A DNA stretch of 64,000 nt, from contig PDIP01000056.1 in the NCBI GenBank assembly GCA_002811645.1, positions 1-64,000 on the forward strand, read 5' to 3'. This document shows, piece after piece, positions 10,341 to 21,425 of this stretch. The DNA comes from Corallochytrium limacisporum Hawaii. Taxonomy: Eukaryota > Protista > Pluriformea. Position numbers and translations under genes: made by a program. The notes under the pieces are model-generated. The model searched no databases. It was not told the origin of the DNA and was given only the letters and a program-made list of their open reading frames with translations. Each line of letters begins with the position of its first letter. Within the stretch, counting starts at the first letter, position 1.

Positions 10341-10889
10341 ATGCACAAGAAGATTTATTTGATACTGATCTTGCTTAATTGTCTCTTAGTGAGTACAAAA
10401 GCGTTTTTGGAAAGCGACTGTGATCCAGAAGAGAATCCCTATTGCTCTAACCGGATCGAGTCTAGATCAAGGCGAGATTACAATGGCTGGCAGTGGGGTA
10501 TCCCCAACTGCACTGACGAATACGACTGTTTTTTGCTACCTGGCATCGATGACAACAACCATAGGGCCTACACCATCTCTAAGGATTACTTTGCCAATGA
10601 ATGTGACTTTCCTCTCTGGGGTGTTCCAGCGTCGTGTTCAGCAAATGTAGTAACACATGACGGTATGCAGGTTACTGGTCCTTGTCTACTGTCGAGGTCT
10701 GACGATTACTCCAATACCTATTGCTGTGACGTTGTCAGCTATTACTGTCCTGGAAAGTCACCCAGGCTGGTGGAATTACTCTCATCAAACCTCAGCGGTA
10801 ATGGGCCTCCCTGTAAAGGCATAGACCAGAACAGTCCACCAAACATCAATAAGATCAATTGCGATTGCGCGTATGCCAACTTATGTTGA
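10341..10889 (+). CDS. Secreted cysteine-rich prepro-protein, 182 aa (possibly 3'-truncated)
   Basis: Signal peptide MHKKIYLILILLNCLLVSTKA, furin-type RSRR site, many Cys including a YCC motif, and A at -3. Confidence 0.75.
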   Translation: MHKKIYLILILLNCLLVSTKAFLESDCDPEENPYCSNRIESRSRRDYNGWQWGIPNCTDEYDCFLLPGIDDNNHRAYTISKDYFANECDFPLWGVPASCSANVVTHDGMQVTGPCLLSRSDDYSNTYCCDVVSYYCPGKSPRLVELLSSNLSGNGPPCKGIDQNSPPNINKINCDCAYANLC

Positions 10890-11363
10890 AGAAAGACTTG
10901 AAACCTATTCTTCCAGGTCTCTCACCGTACCATTCGATTGATGCCCATGAGCCCAATCTGTACCCCTATTTTCTGAAACGAGAGTCCTAACGAAAGACTC
11001 TATTGCTGTGCAAAATAAAACTTGTTTGCTAGTTTCAAAAACTATGACGAGGAAACCACAAGCGGATCTCGGAATTTCAAACCAGAATAAATAGGAATAT
11101 GAAGATCACAGGAAGAATTCTTTATCTGAATTGGATTGACGCGTCCTTGCATTACAAGTTGGATACCACCGTGAAAATTACAACGGTGGCACGAGGAATC
11201 GTCAGAGATTAAACTGACTGGCGCGGTTGGAGGATCTTGCTACGGGTGATTATGTGACGCTTTTATACGCTGCTTACGATATGATGTTTTTGGCAGGCCA
11301 TATGGATGGGGTATTGTTTTATTTCTCTCTCTCTCGAAGGTTTCATTTTTACGGTGGTCTGTT

Positions 11364-14300
11364 TCAGGCAAATCCAAGGTCATACACCCTGATGGGAGTT
11401 GCCATATCAGTCTTAGTTACCTCCTTTGCACTATTGGTTAAAGAATTTGAAAGCGCTGGAGCAGCACATGTAAAGACACCGATGGACTCCCCGCGGTGGA
11501 GTTCCTGTACGGTCTTCAGGACACCAGCCCAATCAGGGCGTCCAAAGGTTACCGAACAATGAAGGTCCGCAATTGCAGCCTTTGCGACTGTATCTGGATC
11601 ATCACGGTTCTGGTTCTTGGCGATGTCCATGGCCGTCGCTCCCGCATCCAGGTCTGTGCGTCTGGTAATGAAGATACTCACATCGATGAAGCCGGGAGGG
11701 GCCTTGGCCTGCGCTTCACGGAGTTTCTCAAGGAACCAAGAGTTGCCACGCAAAGATCGGGCGACCAGTATGAAGTGGACCTTCCGTACTTGCATACGTG
11801 GACTAGTAGTGGCCCGATGTCCGATTTCGGAAAGCACAGATGCCCAAGGGGTGACACCGATTCCGGAACCCACGAAAACAACTGTGCGTTGACGGTCCCA
11901 GATCTCGGCAGCGTCGCCGTACGGTCCCTTGAGGACGACCGGAGGCCAGGCTGTGGGGTCATTGCTGGAGTACGCACGGTGCAAACGATGGGTCCAGGGC
12001 CCAAGAGCCTTGACATGGATGGACACATGCGGTTCGTGGGGTGCACTGGAAATGGTGAAGGGATGAAATTCCTCACCGAGCTCAGTTGGGACCGCAATGC
12101 GCAGGTACTGACCCGCAGAGTATTCAAAGTTATCAGCACGCTTGATTTTCAGTTCAATAACTTCACCACTGAAGAATCGTACACTGGCTACGCCCCTAAT
12201 GTCACTTTTGGTGGAAATGTCAATAAAGCGATCTAGAATAAAGATCAGAGCCGGTCCGATGAAGAAGAACCCAAAGATAGGACCAATGACCATGCGGGCA
12301 CTTCCGTGCAGCACCAACAGGAAGAAAAACAACGGGTAGGTCATGTGCACCGCCCAGAAGAAGGGATAGGCATAATTGCGTATGACCTTATAGCTGAAAG
12401 CAGCAAAGGCCAGGCATTGCATGGTCAAGATTACCCCGGAGAGACCAGTGACAGTATCCATTACCCACCACTTGTAGCTTGTCAACATGTTTGACGGCCA
12501 GTAGTAGTTCCGGAAGTAGCAGGCAAGAGCACCACGGGGTTGAGTATTTAGGTTATAGGCATTGAACAAGTGACCACCGACATGCAAGCACACAGTGAGC
12601 AGACCTGTCGTAGCAAACAACTTATGGAAGAAAATGTAGTCACCGAGAGGAAGGATCTGTTGAGCCAGATGACTCTTGCTCATGTAGGTGATCAAGTTGC
12701 GACACATGGGCAGTAGCAGTAGGGAGAATGCCCACATCATGGCACTGGCAGCACCGCGTGTTATGGAAACACCGTAGCCGAGAATGTAGCGAAGCCCGCC
12801 TTCCACGTCACGTTCATCTTTAAAGAACCAGAAACGTTCCCAGAAGATGAGGACAGTCGAGATAAGGAAGGCATAGGTCCAGAAAATGCGTAGGCGATAT
12901 TTGTGCGCCAGATTGCGCACTCTCAAGGTAAACTTGTTGCGCTCTACCATATCCCCTTCCAATACATCCTTATCTTCATACTCCCAGTCAAATTCTACTT
13001 CGTTTCCCGCAACTCGTTCAATGTTTCCGCGAACAGACTTCCACTGACCCAGTGTGGTTGAGTCATGGAGACGAGGTTCCTCATCTCCACCCTGGGGTTT
13101 GGGACGAATGGACAGGCGCTTGAAGAAACTTGCCTTGTGTGGCTGCTCTGTAATGTTATCGTCTTCCGCAATCACATCAAGTCCCGGTTTTGCAGCTCCA
13201 CGGGGCTTGCGCGCAGGCTTATGAACTGAATTGCGCGCAATCAATGACGCAGAACGGTCGTCAAAGACAGCACGCCTCATGGAACCAGAAGGATTCTTGA
13301 CGTAAGCACGACAGTGTGCTAGAGTGTCGGAGATTTCACTCACAGAGTTCCAAGTAGTCTTCTTGGCATCAATCCCAGCAAACTGAAGCATTTTAGCGCC
13401 GTCAGCCTCAAAGTGTGCAGGGAAGAGCACAGCTAGCAAAGACAGCATCTCTTTGATGCCGATTCCTTCGCCGGCGGACTGGCCGTAAATTGTCCAGAAT
13501 GCATTCTCGCTCTCTTCTTTGTAGATACCCTCACTGGCCAGCAAGGATATCATAACCATCGAACGTCCATCCATCGCACGACGATTGGTGGGCACAGAAT
13601 GATACGATCCGGTTCGGTAATCTCGCCCAAAAGCATTCAAGAAGCGCTTCATGAGCACATCGTCAAAATCAGAGCCCTGCAGGGCACACCAGTCAGGCGC
13701 TGTGAGGGTCAAGTGGGCAAACAAGTCTGCGTTTTCTGGGTCCAACTCGTTGGCAATGGTGTTGCAAGCAGTGTTACCCTGGAGCTCGTGACTCTTTGCA
13801 ACAATCTCTTGGATAGATTTGTATAGCTTGCCAGCCCTGCGAAAGCAGTTGTTTAGTGTGGTACCGTTGCTAACCATCTCAGCAAGCTCCCCACCGCGCA
13901 CTGTCCGCATTGTCAGAGAGCCATACTGCAAGGCCACATCCCGGAATCGCATCAGATCTGAAGCTTGTATCTCATTCGTATCCTTGCGATCGGCAAGGTA
14001 GTTCATGAAGGCTTGAGGAGACATGACACGGTATTCGTGTTTATAGGTCCGAAGACAGAAGAGCATGTCACCATGCATATGTGGGTGGTGGCAGATGACT
14101 CGTAGGTACTGACCAACCCCAGGAGTGTCTACAATTTCCATACTGGCTATCATACTCCACGGACGAAAAGCGACAAGGTTGCTCTGTGCTGCATTGTACC
14201 CTTCGTACATCCAAATACCTTCCTTGTCCAGACCCAGCACAATTGGAGCCCACTGAACATCGTACATTGGGTCCTTGGCAGTGGCAAAGCCAGGGGCGCC

Positions 14301-16547
14301 AACCATCTGAACTTTGAATGTTTCACGTTCCTTGGAAGCGGTGTAAACAATGCCAGTCGGGCGCTGGATGTGGTCCTTCTTGTGTTGGTGGTAGGAACGT
14401 CCAAGGACAGCGAGAGCAATCATCAGAAGAGTCCAGCCCACCAGAAAGGCAACCAAATACCAGACAAAGTAGTCAGACGTGGAGTAGTAGTCGAAAGTAG
14501 CATCCTCAATACTGAACGGACAGGACATGTTCATGGAGTTTAGATTATCCTGGGAAAGAAGATCTCCGTTGATGTCTTCAGGCTCGGGACAGGGATTATT
14601 GGTAATCAAGAACGGGTTCGGGGCAAGATCGGCGTCACTGATGCGTGGAAAGACCTCAAGAATAATGCGACGGATGTCCCATTCTTCAATGAACGCACGA
14701 TCCTCGTCAGTGTACAACCCATTTGGATTTTCGTAGTAGAAGCGGTCACCATCACGACTACGAATAAATTGGTTGAGAATAATTTCACGGAATGTCTCAC
14801 CCATAGATCCGTCGGCTTCCAGAAGGCCGCCGGTCCACAGATCCATGCGATTGATGTCTCCACCGTGGACATCAGTTAGATTCTGCAAGAGCTGTTCCCG
14901 ATTGGGCACAGTGTCCGGCAGGATTTCTTCAAAAGTTCGAGGAGCCAAGCCCAGACTCTGCCGGACAACATTGTAGGATGGCAGACCATGGTCACGGCCG
15001 CGATTGATATTCAACACCATCAGATCTCGGCGGGCGGATTCCAAGGGTCCAACCACAAAGCCACGCAAGTCCTCAGTCACAATATTGTCTTCCCTCTCGG
15101 CCCGCTGGGAGGCCATGCCGAGAACCAACGAGTCTGCTCCGTACTCCTCCACAAACTGTTCCACATTGAAGTACGTACGGCATGTACGGATAGGGTCAAC
15201 AAAAAAGGATGTTGAGCCTGGACACTGCAGCTGCTCTGCAGTGTATCTCTCAGAAAGCTGGATGCTCTTGTTGGCATTTCCGGTCAGAGCCTGTTGTAAC
15301 AGTTCGGGGTTGCTGGCGCCGAGTGCCGCGGGTACACGACGCCAGACACCAGGAGTGACCAAAGAGTGACCGAAACGCATTGCTGCGGATTGGAACTCCA
15401 AAGATATGCCAGGGTTGATATCTGGATCAAAACCTTCGTAAGGGTAGCGTTCCTCAATTTCTTCCACAGTCTGACCTACCAACAACGGAAGCCATTCCCT
15501 GTAAGCAACTTTTTGGTAAATGCCAATGGTCAGAGCACGGGCATGGTTGTAGATGATGTCATCTCGGAGACGCCGGAATGACTCTTCACCACGTGAGGTT
15601 CGGACTTCGGCGAGTTCAGCAGCCAGTGCATCATTGCTGTCGATCAGAGGTGCGACGTATGTCGTGGCTATGCGATTGTGCAGGCGATGCAACATAATTC
15701 CAAGGCCTGTTACCATTGGTACCTCATTGCCACGGGGATTACCCATCATGAAGTAACGACTTACAGACATGAATCCTTTGTCCGGATTCTCCAGGCCAGA
15801 CACCGGAGGAGGCGGGTTTGCAAAGGGTAGACCCTTGAAGTTCTTGGGAGGGTAACCAAGCTGGTCTGGATTTCCGTCTTGTACGTCATTGCCTATTGCA
15901 TTGCCTTCAAGCTCTCCGTTTAGCATGGTACCTCCTTCTAAGGTACGCAGTTCATCCGCCCATGCTTTGAATGGTCCGTAGATCAAAGTACCATCAAAGT
16001 AGGCAGAGATTTCATTTATCTGGGTCCGTGGAGTTTGGGGGCCGAATCCCGTGCCAAAGTCATAGCGACTGCGGGCGGCGGCAATGACATATCCAACAGG
16101 AAGGTTTCCTTCCAGGTCAAAGGTTTCTTGAGTGATAGGCTGGAAAAGGTACTCTGGAGCACAGAGAGGCCGTTGCATGTCCAGCATTTCTTCCGCAAGC
16201 TGCTGGCCAAAGTGAGTGAACAAGACAGTAAGCTGTTGGTCCGACTTCAGACCACTTGGACCTCCCATGGTTGTGCTGGAGATGGCACGAGGGTTGGGTC
16301 GGGTGTTGGGTACGCTGGCATCATCGCTGGTTTCGACGATGCGGTAAGTGCCATCTGAATACGTGGGGGGTGAGAGGCGTACTGTAGTGGTTTCGGCACC
16401 ACCATATCCCGGGTGGTAGGGATTGATGTACCATCCATCGAAGGGCGCGTACTCAACAGCAGTCTCATGAACAGTTGGCACAGCGGTTAAGTTTTGGGAC
16501 AACGCGCCCGCAACCAGCACTATTAAAAAAAGCCTGATTGCGTGCAT
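11364..16547 (-). CDS. DUOX: Dual oxidase (DUOX)-like NADPH oxidase with N-terminal heme-peroxidase domain, 1727 aa
   Basis: Start at ATG 16547 (AACAACATG; signal MHAIRLFLIVLVAGALSQ). Peroxidase motifs FDGWYIN, FGQQ, QINEISAYFDGTLIYG, GNPRGNE, RFGHS, NINRGRDHGLPSYN, RDGDRFYYEN. Then a TM helix, a ferric-reductase domain with heme His residues (FFHKL..LHVGGH; WAVH..VLHGS), FAD motif HPFTISSAP, GPYG, and NADPH motif GSGIGVTP. Confidence 0.93.
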   Translation of the reverse strand: MHAIRLFLIVLVAGALSQNLTAVPTVHETAVEYAPFDGWYINPYHPGYGGAETTTVRLSPPTYSDGTYRIVETSDDASVPNTRPNPRAISSTTMGGPSGLKSDQQLTVLFTHFGQQLAEEMLDMQRPLCAPEYLFQPITQETFDLEGNLPVGYVIAAARSRYDFGTGFGPQTPRTQINEISAYFDGTLIYGPFKAWADELRTLEGGTMLNGELEGNAIGNDVQDGNPDQLGYPPKNFKGLPFANPPPPVSGLENPDKGFMSVSRYFMMGNPRGNEVPMVTGLGIMLHRLHNRIATTYVAPLIDSNDALAAELAEVRTSRGEESFRRLRDDIIYNHARALTIGIYQKVAYREWLPLLVGQTVEEIEERYPYEGFDPDINPGISLEFQSAAMRFGHSLVTPGVWRRVPAALGASNPELLQQALTGNANKSIQLSERYTAEQLQCPGSTSFFVDPIRTCRTYFNVEQFVEEYGADSLVLGMASQRAEREDNIVTEDLRGFVVGPLESARRDLMVLNINRGRDHGLPSYNVVRQSLGLAPRTFEEILPDTVPNREQLLQNLTDVHGGDINRMDLWTGGLLEADGSMGETFREIILNQFIRSRDGDRFYYENPNGLYTDEDRAFIEEWDIRRIILEVFPRISDADLAPNPFLITNNPCPEPEDINGDLLSQDNLNSMNMSCPFSIEDATFDYYSTSDYFVWYLVAFLVGWTLLMIALAVLGRSYHQHKKDHIQRPTGIVYTASKERETFKVQMVGAPGFATAKDPMYDVQWAPIVLGLDKEGIWMYEGYNAAQSNLVAFRPWSMIASMEIVDTPGVGQYLRVICHHPHMHGDMLFCLRTYKHEYRVMSPQAFMNYLADRKDTNEIQASDLMRFRDVALQYGSLTMRTVRGGELAEMVSNGTTLNNCFRRAGKLYKSIQEIVAKSHELQGNTACNTIANELDPENADLFAHLTLTAPDWCALQGSDFDDVLMKRFLNAFGRDYRTGSYHSVPTNRRAMDGRSMVMISLLASEGIYKEESENAFWTIYGQSAGEGIGIKEMLSLLAVLFPAHFEADGAKMLQFAGIDAKKTTWNSVSEISDTLAHCRAYVKNPSGSMRRAVFDDRSASLIARNSVHKPARKPRGAAKPGLDVIAEDDNITEQPHKASFFKRLSIRPKPQGGDEEPRLHDSTTLGQWKSVRGNIERVAGNEVEFDWEYEDKDVLEGDMVERNKFTLRVRNLAHKYRLRIFWTYAFLISTVLIFWERFWFFKDERDVEGGLRYILGYGVSITRGAASAMMWAFSLLLLPMCRNLITYMSKSHLAQQILPLGDYIFFHKLFATTGLLTVCLHVGGHLFNAYNLNTQPRGALACYFRNYYWPSNMLTSYKWWVMDTVTGLSGVILTMQCLAFAAFSYKVIRNYAYPFFWAVHMTYPLFFFLLVLHGSARMVIGPIFGFFFIGPALIFILDRFIDISTKSDIRGVASVRFFSGEVIELKIKRADNFEYSAGQYLRIAVPTELGEEFHPFTISSAPHEPHVSIHVKALGPWTHRLHRAYSSNDPTAWPPVVLKGPYGDAAEIWDRQRTVVFVGSGIGVTPWASVLSEIGHRATTSPRMQVRKVHFILVARSLRGNSWFLEKLREAQAKAPPGFIDVSIFITRRTDLDAGATAMDIAKNQNRDDPDTVAKAAIADLHCSVTFGRPDWAGVLKTVQELHRGESIGVFTCAAPALSNSLTNSAKEVTKTDMATPIRVYDLGFA

Positions 16548-17784
16548 GTTGTTCGACTTCACCATCAAGAATAACGTTGGTGGACTAATGCAGGACCAAA
16601 GGAGTCGTTGAGGTTCCTTCAGCTTAACAATCTCTTCCTGCCGACCATCCCCTATTGATTTAAATAGGATTACTGCCGTGACAGTGGTTTCGTATTCCCT
16701 ATCCCTTGCCCCATTTGTCTGGTGTGAAAAGATTTTGTCAAGCATTGATACAATGTTCTCCTCCATAGCGCAGTGGAATGTGATGTTCAGCTCCGGCAAC
16801 CTAGCAAACTCCATTGCAAACACGGAGATCTGGGTCCCCCCCCCCCGGGGAGAGGGCCGGAACAGAACAGACCTCAGATTTCGAGCGAGTGAGATGGGAG
16901 GGGCCTTGTAACCACCACTTTCGTCACGGAGCATCACTGTATACTAGATGAGGGGCGCCCATTTCCGTTTTGGATATCGGCGCTTTAATTTGGGAACTGC
17001 CGCCTTTCTCTCCCTCCCTCTGCCTTCTCTCACTGCTCCTCCCTGGCCGTTCCCCTTTCCCCTGTGCCCACCCTTTCCCCCTCCCTCTCCGGCTTCCTAG
17101 TTCTCATCCTGCAAGACACCAGTACTTCTTGTCTCGGGATAGTCAGCCTGAGCACGAGTAATCAGAAGCAGACAAATTTCAATACTAAACTTATGAGGTT
17201 CCAATGACCAACCAAGGACCAACGAATTTGTTTGCGTTCCGAGTAAAAGGAATTGTAGGTGAGAATGGCTCAAAGCTCAGGAAGTTTCCACCGCTCGAGG
17301 CAACTAAAGCAGTGTTTTATCAACACGACCATCCTTTACCTATCTAACTCTGCAATAACGTAGCCGTGTGCGCATATGTCAAACCATCAGATGTCTAGAT
17401 CAAGTCGAAGTGGCATCCAATTCAGCGGACGTGAAGTCGTCTGGTTTGAAATTCATGCTGTTCGCAGCACGCAGAACTGCGCTTAAACTTCTTCCATTCA
17501 CTCGGCTCTCCTTTGGGCGTTGATCAAATCATCAATTGGTATTCCATCCCCCACGCATCCTTGGATCTAAAACACTCTGTCTCCATACCACCAAGACCAC
17601 CACCAGCGCCCCTAAACTCAAGTTTTCCAGGTGTCCCGCTTGGTTGGCCTAGTATCGGCACAACCGGGAGAAATTAGGTACGAAAGCAATGACTACGTAC
17701 CGACAGAATGAGAAACCCGAGACAAAGGATGCTATGACATAATACGCAACCCCTAACACCATAGCACCAGCAAGACCTCCCGGC

Positions 17785-19765
17785 AGATGCCATCTCTACG
17801 CACAGGACCTCGCGGAAGAACACACCGGTGGAAGAATAATGGACGAAACAGAAGAAGGTTGGTTTAAATCACAGGTCCCTGCAGCGCCCGCCCTTCCCCC
17901 CCCCCTTTTTTTCTCTCCTGCAAACATAAACTAACCCTCGCTCACCAAGAGGAAGATCTGCGAAATTAGTACCGTGATTCCAAACCCCCCCCCCTCTCAC
18001 AAGTGTAAGGAGGAAGTCATCACAATTCTCACAACACAGGGACTTCGTTGCTCCAAATACCTCGAGGCGCTCACGCACGCCTCAGAGCGTCTTAGTGTTG
18101 GACAACCTATATAGTCAATACGTCGCTTTGGCGCCCATGATTTATCAGTTCGCATATCAGTACGCTATTTTCATGTAGATACATAGGTCATCTTATGGCA
18201 ACCGCAAATGGGTAGAGTGAGGAGGATAGAAAGTACCAACAATTTTGTATCACATTATGTGCAAATTAAATGCCGCTGCATCAACCCCCCCTTTCCAACT
18301 TCTTCTGACCTCTCTTGAACTTGCATCTCGACTATTCAAGGTTGTAGCCTCGCAATTGTCCACGGGTTGTGTTGTATGCCGCTGGATGTGTGATGCGGTA
18401 CACTGGATATGAATGACTGCTTTCTACGCACATACACGAGTTTGTGGCATTTTCTGAGTGACTTTTTCTCTGCGCTGACGACGTGTTCTTGACTTCACTG
18501 CTTGACCGAGATTTCCGATTTTGAAATCATGCGCATAGCGCTAACAGGAGATCAAACATACATCAGGACGAGGTGCGGTATCTTTTCAGTGCTGAACTGT
18601 GTTTAGCATGTTCAGCAGGGGTGTAGAATTCTGAAGTTTGCTGGTGTTTTGTGGTTCGGCTGGATGGCATGTGCCACACTGATCACGACGATGATAGTCC
18701 CTCATCATCGCTTTTCTTTGTATTATTTCTAAGCAGGATTTGAATCTTGGTCGTTACCTGAGTGCACACCAGTGGCTTTAACGACTTGTGCGTCACCATT
18801 CCTTCGTTTACCAACCTCAAGTCTGTGAGATGGCTATGATCCAGTAGTGGATGTACCCGGATACAAACCTTCCAAATTTGGAAGTTTTTTGAAGCGCCAG
18901 AGTGAGATCCAGTGCCCCCCGCCCGGGCCAGACATTGACTTCGCTGAGATGCATTCTGTCCATACTGAATATATTGCCCATGTCCTCAGTTCCGGTTCGA
19001 ATTCGAGTATTCGAAAGAAAAGAATTTTGCCAAGGCCTCTCACTAACTTGACTTGCCTGTCAAATTCGGTAGGTCATAGTAAATGTATAGGAGCGAAACA
19101 AACGGCGACCCGCTGAAGAGATTTTCTGCAGAGGTCACTTTCTCACAGTGAGAGTTCATGGTGCCAATTTTCTTGCATTTCCTTGTCATCAGTTTTGAGG
19201 GTGAGTATATTTACAGTAAGAAACTCTGTAAGGAGTCTACATTACATATCCACCACACGGCCAATTTTTGATTAACGAATTGTTTGAAAGACTTGCCGAC
19301 TTTGCCAGGTTTCTAATCATGAATTTCCCCATGTTGCGCATGAAATTCCTTCGCTGTGGGAAACCTCAGGGTTTCGCTCCCACAAATCGAATGAACGCAC
19401 TTTGCAGATGCCGGACCATATGGTCCACGTCGAATTCAGCAAGTGAGGTTGGAAGGCTTCTGCTGCATCAGAACCTTCTGCAAAGTCCTCCACCATATCA
19501 AACTGGATCACTTGGGCCCTTCCGATCAGGTAGGTATATGTGTTTGCGTGATGTGTTGTTTACTGTGCGGCGATGTGCATAGAAACAATAGGCTCTGTGG
19601 GTCTGTGCTTTCCGTGTTGACTGCTGCGTATCTAGACAACCGGCCATAAGCAGCAGAGGATGATTTGATCTATGCCGTCTACACAATCTCTAGCTTCACA
19701 GTGGCTGTGGTGAGGCCATAATGGTTCAGTGTTTGTTCTCTGCCCAGAGATGCCATCTCTACGCA
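17785..19765 (+). repeat. Pair of short direct repeats (18 bp exact, about 28 bp similar) 1963 bp apart
   Basis: AGATGCCATCTCTACGCA at 17785-17802 and 19748-19765, each followed by a similar GGACYTCRC. Confidence 0.6.
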
Positions 19766-21425
19766 TGGACTTCACATAGTTTTTCTCATCACAATGCCTG
19801 TAGTCCCCATAGTGGGTTGCCTACGTCTGAACATGTCCTTTGAGTAGTGGATCATTGTCCTGGCTGCCATGTGAGGCTCCATGCGAACCTCCATCGGATT
19901 CGCGCGTATGCGTCGAACATGTTGCCCATTTACAATCTGTTCGACTCTGAAAGTGTTGCTCACAAGCTAGATACAAGCGTCTGCTTGTGTTCTTTTCATT
20001 ATCCCCGTAAGTGTCACCGACAGTTATGATGCGTACACTATATGAAGGAAGAACGAAACAGAAGCGTCGGTCTCAACGCAGTCTTCCTGCTGTCATATCC
20101 GCCTGCACAAGTTGCCGATAACAGTGAGCCCCTGTATTCTGACAAAGTGTACAGTGCTGAGCATAATTTATCTGATCGTTTCAATTCATTCATCGATATC
20201 CTCTCTCAGGCCGTGCTCACTTAATGACGTTGGTACGGGATGTCACAACAGCATACATACATGTGGACTCTCAAAGTATCGCTACCAACCCATGACGCCC
20301 GTTTGACTGATGTGAAGTCTGCCTCAGCCTCCGGTAACTCCGTCTGAATGGATGGTCGTTGCTGAACCCGCGACAGCTTCAATCACTTTATCACCAGTGC
20401 GCCTCATGTGTTCGAGCAAGAGGTTCTGTTCGGGGTCATGGTCATGGAATTCAAGGATACTATGGTCATGCCCGCAACCGTTCTGGAGATGACGCTGAAC
20501 ATGCTCAGGCCCCCATTGAATCCCTCACCTAGTGTAGATCCAGTTATTGGCGATGCCATTGACTCCCTCACAACAACGCTCGAAATATGTGGCGGCAACC
20601 GCCCTTCCCGGGGAAGATAAGGGGGTGGGGTTGGGGGGGGGGGGGTAAGGGTGTATAGAAAGGGGCCTTGGGCACGGCGGGCGGGGGAGAGGGGCCTTGT
20701 GATTTTGGTTATGTGGTTGCGGGGGCTGGCTGTGTTGGACATGTGTGGTGGGGGGGAGGGATCAGGGAGGAGAACAGAATTGTTTCTCATTCTCTCACCA
20801 CTCTGTTTCAGTCAGTCCTTGGTACGCACCCGTTGTATACTAAAAGTACTGTCAAAACAAGAATGAAATTCGGCCCGAAAAAATCATATCCAAGTTTGAG
20901 GTGTCTCGAAATTCCTTTTTCGTTTCTGATTTGGATGACGATTCCGTTTTGTTTTCGTTCACTTTCGATTTCAGGGCCCCACTGAATCTTCGTTTCTGCG
21001 TAAGTTTTCCCATAGTTTTTAGCCTAAAATCTTAAACTATCTTGCTCCGGAGTACATGTCCTGGATCGGTAGCCCGGCAAAAACGCCGCAAGGCCGCCGG
21101 GCGCGAACCACAAAATGAAAACGAAACGAAAAAAAAATAGAAGAAAAACCGAAACACACACGAGGGCCGGAACCAAAAAAAGAAACGAACCGAACAAAGA
21201 AAGGAAAACAGAGAGAGAGAAGAAAAAATAAAGAAAAAGGGCGAAGTCTTAAATTCAATAAGGGTGCGCCCGGCCCCTCTTCTCGTCTCTCTCACTGTCT
21301 CGCTCTCACTCTCTCTCTTCTCCCCCGGTAGGGCCTTTTGAGGGGGGGATTGGGCGGTAGAAGGCCCCGTGGGCACCCGGGGAAACGACAAACGTTGGGC
21401 CAAGTGACGAGGCCATGACTTTGAG

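Noticed and set aside
16548-16937. 130-codon N-terminal extension of the DUOX ORF in the ORF track
   Set aside because: It starts at a non-preferred context, runs through a poly-C/G tract, and would bury the signal peptide. ATG 16547 has the A(-3) context shared by the other genes.
18869-18884. Perfect 16-bp palindrome CTTCCAAATTTGGAAG
   Set aside because: About one is expected by chance in a window this size, and there is no supporting context.
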